A stretch of DNA of 64,000 nt, from positions 576,001 to 640,000 of the forward strand of contig CAXXGO010000003.1 of assembly GCA_963666835.2 (NCBI GenBank), given 5' to 3'. The notes beneath the pieces were generated by a model that searched no databases, was not told the DNA's origin, and worked only from the letters and a program-made list of their open reading frames with translations. Shown one piece after another: positions 59,106 through 64,000 of this stretch; position 1 is the first letter of the stretch; the number at the start of each line of letters is the position of its first letter. Origin of the DNA: Phycisphaerae bacterium. Its GTDB lineage: Bacteria; Planctomycetota; Phycisphaerae; UBA1845. The position numbers and the translations under genes are program-made.

Positions 59106-60758
59106 TTACGGGAACAGACCGATCACGTGCGTCACGTGGCTCAACACCAGATCCAAGGTACCGTTCGTGAAGTTGAACACGGTCTGCGAGGGAAGCACGC
59201 CCAACGCAATCGCCAGAACCGCCATCGGCACGAGAATCAACGTCTCGCGCCCGGTGGCGTCAGGATAATCGACATACTGCTCACGCTCGCGACCCAGGTA
59301 GACCCGGCGAATCAACCAGAGAATATAGCCCGCGGTCAACACGACACCGAACGCCGCAACAATCGCCACGGGATACGCCCAGGCGAACTTGCCCCCGGCT
59401 TGGAAGACGCCCAGCAGGACCCACACCTCACCGATGAACCCGCACAGCCCCGGCAGCCCCAGAGAGGCGAAGAACCCGATGGTCGCCATCGTGCCGTACT
59501 TCGGCATGGTGATCCACAGCCCGCCGAACCGATTGATCTCTCGATGGTGAGCCCGCTCGTAAATCACGCCGACTAAAAAGAAGCACATGGGTGAGCTAAT
59601 CCCGTGAGCGATCATCTGGAACATCGCCCCTTGGAATCCGGCCTCGGTCATCACGGCCAGGCCGAGCAATACGTAACCCATGTGCGAGACCGAGCTGTAC
59701 GCAACCAGCTTCTTGAAGTCCGTCTGCGCCATGGCGCAGAGGGCTCCATAGATAATGCTCACCACTCCGACAATCGCGAGGAAGAACGCCCAGAAATCGG
59801 CCCCGGTCGGGAATATCGGATAGCACAACCGCAGGAAGCCGTAACCACCCATCTTCAGCAGCACGCCCGCAAGGATCATACTGATGGGGGTCGGAGCCTC
59901 CACGTGGGCATCCGGTAACCACGTATGCACCGGCACACTGGGCAGTTTGATCGCAAACCCGATGAACAGGAACATGAACATCACCGGGGCGAACCGCAGG
60001 CCCAGGAATGTCGTGCTACTCGATGCGAAGTAGTTCTGAATCGTCGGGTTCGTCGCCAGTTCAATCAGGTCGAACGTGCCGTGTTGGACAACGAATCCTT
60101 CGGCCGCCCGATAGGCACTGGGCGCGCCGTCCGGACCGGCTGACTGAATCGCCGCGTCGCTGTAGAAGTACATGACCACCAGCGCCACGAGCATCAACAC
60201 CGAGCCGGCCAGCGTGAACAAGAAGAACTTGATCGCCGCGTACTCCCGCCGCGGACCGCCCCACACTCCGATGAGGAAGTACATCGGGAGCAGCATGACT
60301 TCCCAGAAGATGTAGAAGAGGAAGAAGTCGAGCGAAACGAACACGCCCAACATCCCCGTCTCCAACAAGAGAAACAGGACGAAGTAGCCCCGAATCCCCT
60401 TGGCGATCTTCCACGTCTCGAAGTTCCAGCTCGCCAGGCACGCCAGCAAGCCCACCAGCGTGGTCAGAATGACCAGCGGGAACCCGAGCCCGTCTATGCC
60501 GACGAAGTACTCGATTGCGAGCTTTTCGCTCGTAATCCAGGGCGTGCGGAAGACCTCTTGCAGCGTGCCGTAGCTGCTGCCGAAGACCGCCTCACTGTCC
60601 GCCGCCCCGCCGAAGAACGTGCGGAACAACAGCAGAGACACCAGGAACGTCGCCAGACAGGCCGCCACGGCCACCCCCCGCACGTACCTCTTAGGCACCA
60701 CCAGGCAGGCCAAGGCGCCGAGCGTCGGGAGAAACACGATCAATGTAAGAATGTTCAT
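59106..60758 (-). CDS. nuoM: NADH-quinone oxidoreductase subunit M
   Basis: FWEVMLLPMY, HTWLPDAHVEAP, LLKMGGYG, AYSSVSHMG. Confidence 0.96.
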   Translation of the reverse strand: MNILTLIVFLPTLGALACLVVPKRYVRGVAVAACLATFLVSLLLFRTFFGGAADSEAVFGSSYGTLQEVFRTPWITSEKLAIEYFVGIDGLGFPLVILTTLVGLLACLASWNFETWKIAKGIRGYFVLFLLLETGMLGVFVSLDFFLFYIFWEVMLLPMYFLIGVWGGPRREYAAIKFFLFTLAGSVLMLVALVVMYFYSDAAIQSAGPDGAPSAYRAAEGFVVQHGTFDLIELATNPTIQNYFASSSTTFLGLRFAPVMFMFLFIGFAIKLPSVPVHTWLPDAHVEAPTPISMILAGVLLKMGGYGFLRLCYPIFPTGADFWAFFLAIVGVVSIIYGALCAMAQTDFKKLVAYSSVSHMGYVLLGLAVMTEAGFQGAMFQMIAHGISSPMCFFLVGVIYERAHHREINRFGGLWITMPKYGTMATIGFFASLGLPGLCGFIGEVWVLLGVFQAGGKFAWAYPVAIVAAFGVVLTAGYILWLIRRVYLGREREQYVDYPDATGRETLILVPMAVLAIALGVLPSQTVFNFTNGTLDLVLSHVTHVIGLFP

Positions 60759-60785
60759 CGAACCGTCGTCTTCTTCCGGAAAAGC

Positions 60786-63230
60786 CTACGGAATCGTTGA
60801 TTCGGCGACCGCCACGAGTGGAGCACTCGCGTCGACCCACCAGATCAAGACACAAATCACCACCACAGTCGCTACCGCAGTGGCGAACAAGACATAATTG
60901 CGAATCTTCCCGGTCTGAGCCTTGCACACGACCTCGCCGAAGTCCTTCGAGGAATCGGCAATGCCGTTGACCACCCCGTCGACCCCGTGATTGTCGAGAA
61001 TCAGCCCGGAGAACGCCGCCAGCCGCTCCGTAATCGCAGCAGCCAGATCAAACACCAGATCGATCACGTACGTATCGAACAACCGCGCAATGCGGGAAAC
61101 CAGAACGCAGCCCTTCACCCATACGAAGCCGTAGACCTCGTCGAAGAAGTACTTCTTCTCCAACACGAAGTGCAACGGCGCCACCGCTCGCCTGATCGAC
61201 TCGGCCACGTCGAGCCCGCGACGGTAAATCGCCCAAGCCGCGGCAAACCCGACGATGAAGGCAAAGCCGACCCCCCACATAAGCCAGTGGTGAGCCGCGG
61301 TCATCGCCGCCGTATGAGTCGCGCCGTCGGTGGCCAGCACTCGCGCCGCATCGGTCGCGGCCGGGGCCGCATCGGCAATCAGATCACGGAAGATCCCGTA
61401 GCCGGTCACGAACGTGCCGACCGCCAAAACGATCAGCGGCACGTACATGAGCGGAATCTCGTGAGCGTGATGATGGACTTCCTCATCGCGCGGCTTGCCC
61501 ATGAACGTCATCCACCAGCAGCGCATCATGTAGAACGGCGTAACGTATGCTGTGATTAGCGCCAGCCAGAACATCCACTTGGGCAGCGGAGGTATGTCGG
61601 CGAATATCGCCGCTTTCGAATCGGCCGGGTCGGCATGTCCGGGGCCGGCATGGGCATGCCCGTGACCGGAGCCGTGCTCATGGTGCTGGACCATGCGAAT
61701 CGCCCCGGCCGCCATCGGTTGTTTCGAATCCGCTGGAACACCCTGATTATCAACGCCCTTTTGACCGAAGGACGCCAGAACAACCTGAGCCTCCCCGTCG
61801 GGCTCCACTTGGGCATGCGTATCATGACCGCCGCCGTGATCGCCATGCATCTGGTGGTGCTCGTAATCCCAATCGTACGCCCGAGTCCAGGCCACCGCGA
61901 GGATCTCGTCCTTGCTGAAGAAGCCGCCGAGACCGATCTTCTTACCGCCGATTTCAAGGCCGACGATACCCGCCCCCGAAATGGCGAGCACGCCTACGAA
62001 GAACGTCCAACAGGTAACCGGCATCTTCTTGCGCAGCCCGCCCATCTTCCGCATGTCTTGCTCGTGGTGGCACCCTTCGATCACCTGGCCGGAGCAGAGG
62101 AAGAGCATGGCCTTGAAAAACGCGTGCATTATCAGGTGGAATAGCGCCGCGATCCAAGCCCCGCAGCCCATCCCGAAGACCATATAGCCAAGCTGCGAAA
62201 GCGTGGAGTAGGCCAGGCATTTCTTGATGTCGACCTGCACAATCGCCACAAGCGCCATGAGGGTCAGCGTTAGACAGCCGATCAACGCGACGAACAACAG
62301 CGCCTCCGGGGTCATCAACCGGAACACCCGCGCGACCAGGTAGACACCCGCGGCTACCATCGTTGCCGCGTGGATCAAGGCGCTGACCGGGGTAGGACCG
62401 GCCATGGCATCCGGCAGCCACACGTGCAGCGGGAACTGAGCACTCTTTCCCATCGCCCCGCAGAACAAGCCGATACCCATAATCGTAGCCAGAGAGGCCC
62501 CGAACAAAGTGAAGTTGCTGGCGAAGATACCGGTGCCGTGAGCCGCCTGGCTCGCAAAGACGCCCGCCGCTTGATCAAGATCCAGCGTATGGAGTTGGAA
62601 GAAAACCAACATCAAGCCGATCAGGAACCCGAAGTCCCCGACGCGGTTGGTGATGAACGCCTTCATTCCCGCCTCGGAGGCGAACCCCTTATCGAAGTAG
62701 AACCCGATCAGCAGGTAACTGCACAGGCCTACCAGCTCCCAGAAGATGAACAGGAACAACAGGCTGCTGCTCGCGACCAGCCCGAGCATGCTGAAGCCGA
62801 ATAACGACAGGTACGCGAAGAAGCGATGGTACATGCACTTTCCGTCCACCTCGTCGCTGTGGCCGGACATGTACCCGAGGCTGAAGACAAAAATCCAGAA
62901 AGCTACGAAGGCCACCATGAAATACATGGCCACCGTCAATGAATCCAGTTTGATGCCCACCGTAGCGGGAACCGTGCCCAGAGTGGCCCAGGGTACGCGA
63001 TAGGCATGTTCGGATAGCTGCGCACGGGACGCGGGATCCTCCCCCCACCACGAGATCAGCACAATCGTGGCGCAGACAAGCGGAACGCCCATCCCCAACA
63101 CGACACCGAACCACCCCGAGGCCGGCTTGCCCATCTTCGCTCCGAAGAAGACAAGCAGCCAGAAGCTGATAAACGGCGACAGAATTCCCGCCGCCAGTAG
63201 GATTTCGTATGTGTGTCCCGTCATCATCAA
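60786..63230 (-). CDS. nuoL: NADH-quinone oxidoreductase subunit L
   Basis: WELVGLCSYLLIGF, KAFITNRVGD, KSAQFPLHVWLPDAMAGPTPVSALIHAATMV, HAFFKA. Confidence 0.96.
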   Translation of the reverse strand: MMMTGHTYEILLAAGILSPFISFWLLVFFGAKMGKPASGWFGVVLGMGVPLVCATIVLISWWGEDPASRAQLSEHAYRVPWATLGTVPATVGIKLDSLTVAMYFMVAFVAFWIFVFSLGYMSGHSDEVDGKCMYHRFFAYLSLFGFSMLGLVASSSLLFLFIFWELVGLCSYLLIGFYFDKGFASEAGMKAFITNRVGDFGFLIGLMLVFFQLHTLDLDQAAGVFASQAAHGTGIFASNFTLFGASLATIMGIGLFCGAMGKSAQFPLHVWLPDAMAGPTPVSALIHAATMVAAGVYLVARVFRLMTPEALLFVALIGCLTLTLMALVAIVQVDIKKCLAYSTLSQLGYMVFGMGCGAWIAALFHLIMHAFFKAMLFLCSGQVIEGCHHEQDMRKMGGLRKKMPVTCWTFFVGVLAISGAGIVGLEIGGKKIGLGGFFSKDEILAVAWTRAYDWDYEHHQMHGDHGGGHDTHAQVEPDGEAQVVLASFGQKGVDNQGVPADSKQPMAAGAIRMVQHHEHGSGHGHAHAGPGHADPADSKAAIFADIPPLPKWMFWLALITAYVTPFYMMRCWWMTFMGKPRDEEVHHHAHEIPLMYVPLIVLAVGTFVTGYGIFRDLIADAAPAATDAARVLATDGATHTAAMTAAHHWLMWGVGFAFIVGFAAAWAIYRRGLDVAESIRRAVAPLHFVLEKKYFFDEVYGFVWVKGCVLVSRIARLFDTYVIDLVFDLAAAITERLAAFSGLILDNHGVDGVVNGIADSSKDFGEVVCKAQTGKIRNYVLFATAVATVVVICVLIWWVDASAPLVAVAESTIP

Positions 63231-63307
63231 ACTCTGCGGGTTCTGGCAAACTCCGGCCGACTATCGCCGCTTAATCCCGTTATTACCGATCGCAAACCAA
63301 CGCGGCG

Positions 63308-63646
63308 CTACCCGCGCAGGTCCGCAGCCTGGTCAACATCCATGGTGGCCAAGTTCTTGTACAAGTTGATACAGATACCGACGGCCAAAGCAGCCTCCGC
63401 CGCCGCCAGCACAATCACAAACAAGGCCATGATCTGCCCGTCGAGTCGCCCCGGTCCCAGGTAACGATCGAACGCCACCAGGTTGAGGCTGGCCGAGTTC
63501 AATACCAACTCGACCCCGATCAGAATCCCGATCGCGTTCCGCTTAGTCATCATGGTGAAGAGCCCGGAGACGAAAAGAACCGCGCCCACCACCAGGTAAT
63601 GCTGCAGGCCGACGTAGAGCAGATTGTCGAATTCTGGGGGAAACAT
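63308..63646 (-). CDS. nuoK: NADH-quinone oxidoreductase subunit K
   Basis: ELVLNSASLNLV, AAAEAALA. Confidence 0.93.
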   Translation of the reverse strand: MFPPEFDNLLYVGLQHYLVVGAVLFVSGLFTMMTKRNAIGILIGVELVLNSASLNLVAFDRYLGPGRLDGQIMALFVIVLAAAEAALAVGICINLYKNLATMDVDQAADLRG

Positions 63647-63649
63647 AAG

Positions 63650-64000
63650 CTAGCTCTTCTTCTCCTGCCGGGCGAGATGGGCCGCGCCCACCATCACGAT
63701 CATCAGCAGCACACCGGCCACCTCGAACGGAACGAGGTAGGTCGTCAACAGGCTTCGGCCGATCTCGGCAACCGCCGCCCCGGGCATCGCGCCTTCCGCC
63801 GCGTGCCATGCCGTGCGGCAAAGTACCGTACACAGGCAGACCAGCAAGGCAAGGCAAACCACCCCGGCCCCGATCAGCTCCCACCGCTTCGCTTCAAACC
63901 TCACCCACGGCGACTTTGTAGTGAGCATCACACCAAAGACCAACAGAATCAGCGTTCCGCCCACGTAGACAATCAACTGAATGGCGCCGATGAAGTTGGC
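63650..64000 (-). CDS. nuoJ: NADH-quinone oxidoreductase subunit J (5'-truncated by the window edge)
   Basis: QLIVYVGG...FGVML, YLVPFE...LL...VGA. Confidence 0.92.
   Translation of the reverse strand, partial: ANFIGAIQLIVYVGGTLILLVFGVMLTTKSPWVRFEAKRWELIGAGVVCLALLVCLCTVLCRTAWHAAEGAMPGAAVAEIGRSLLTTYLVPFEVAGVLLMIVMVGAAHLARQEKKS

Overview
GC-rich bacterial chromosomal window. Gene content (prepilin/H-X9-DG protein, MoxR-vWA-prenyltransferase-fold cluster, CxxCGYxL..CPECG zinc ribbons, dockerin-like C-termini, IPTL-CTERM) points to a Planctomycetota, probably Phycisphaerae, genome; this is inference, not a database result. It carries housekeeping genes (dtd, sixA, yggS, trmB, a frameshifted smpB, accA, nuoJ-N), an ECF sigma/anti-sigma/PDZ unit, a porin plus Na+/solute symporter, S8/S9/M14 peptidases, several secreted repeat proteins, a 9-gene LOG-MoxR-DUF58-vWA-prenyltransferase-fold cluster and many REP/REPIN-like palindromes with no transposase. 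The strongest candidate for an undescribed system is a two-gene unit at 2802-7690. Four direct repeats with exact 11-bp spacing (Pho-box-like) lie upstream of a pseudopilin-like H-X9-DG gene. That gene is followed by a 1200-aa secreted protein whose core keeps the PstS phosphate-binding motifs in order, interrupted by Cys-rich repeats and ending in dockerin-like/TSP3 modules. I recognised no rRNA, tRNA, tmRNA, CRISPR array or transposase.
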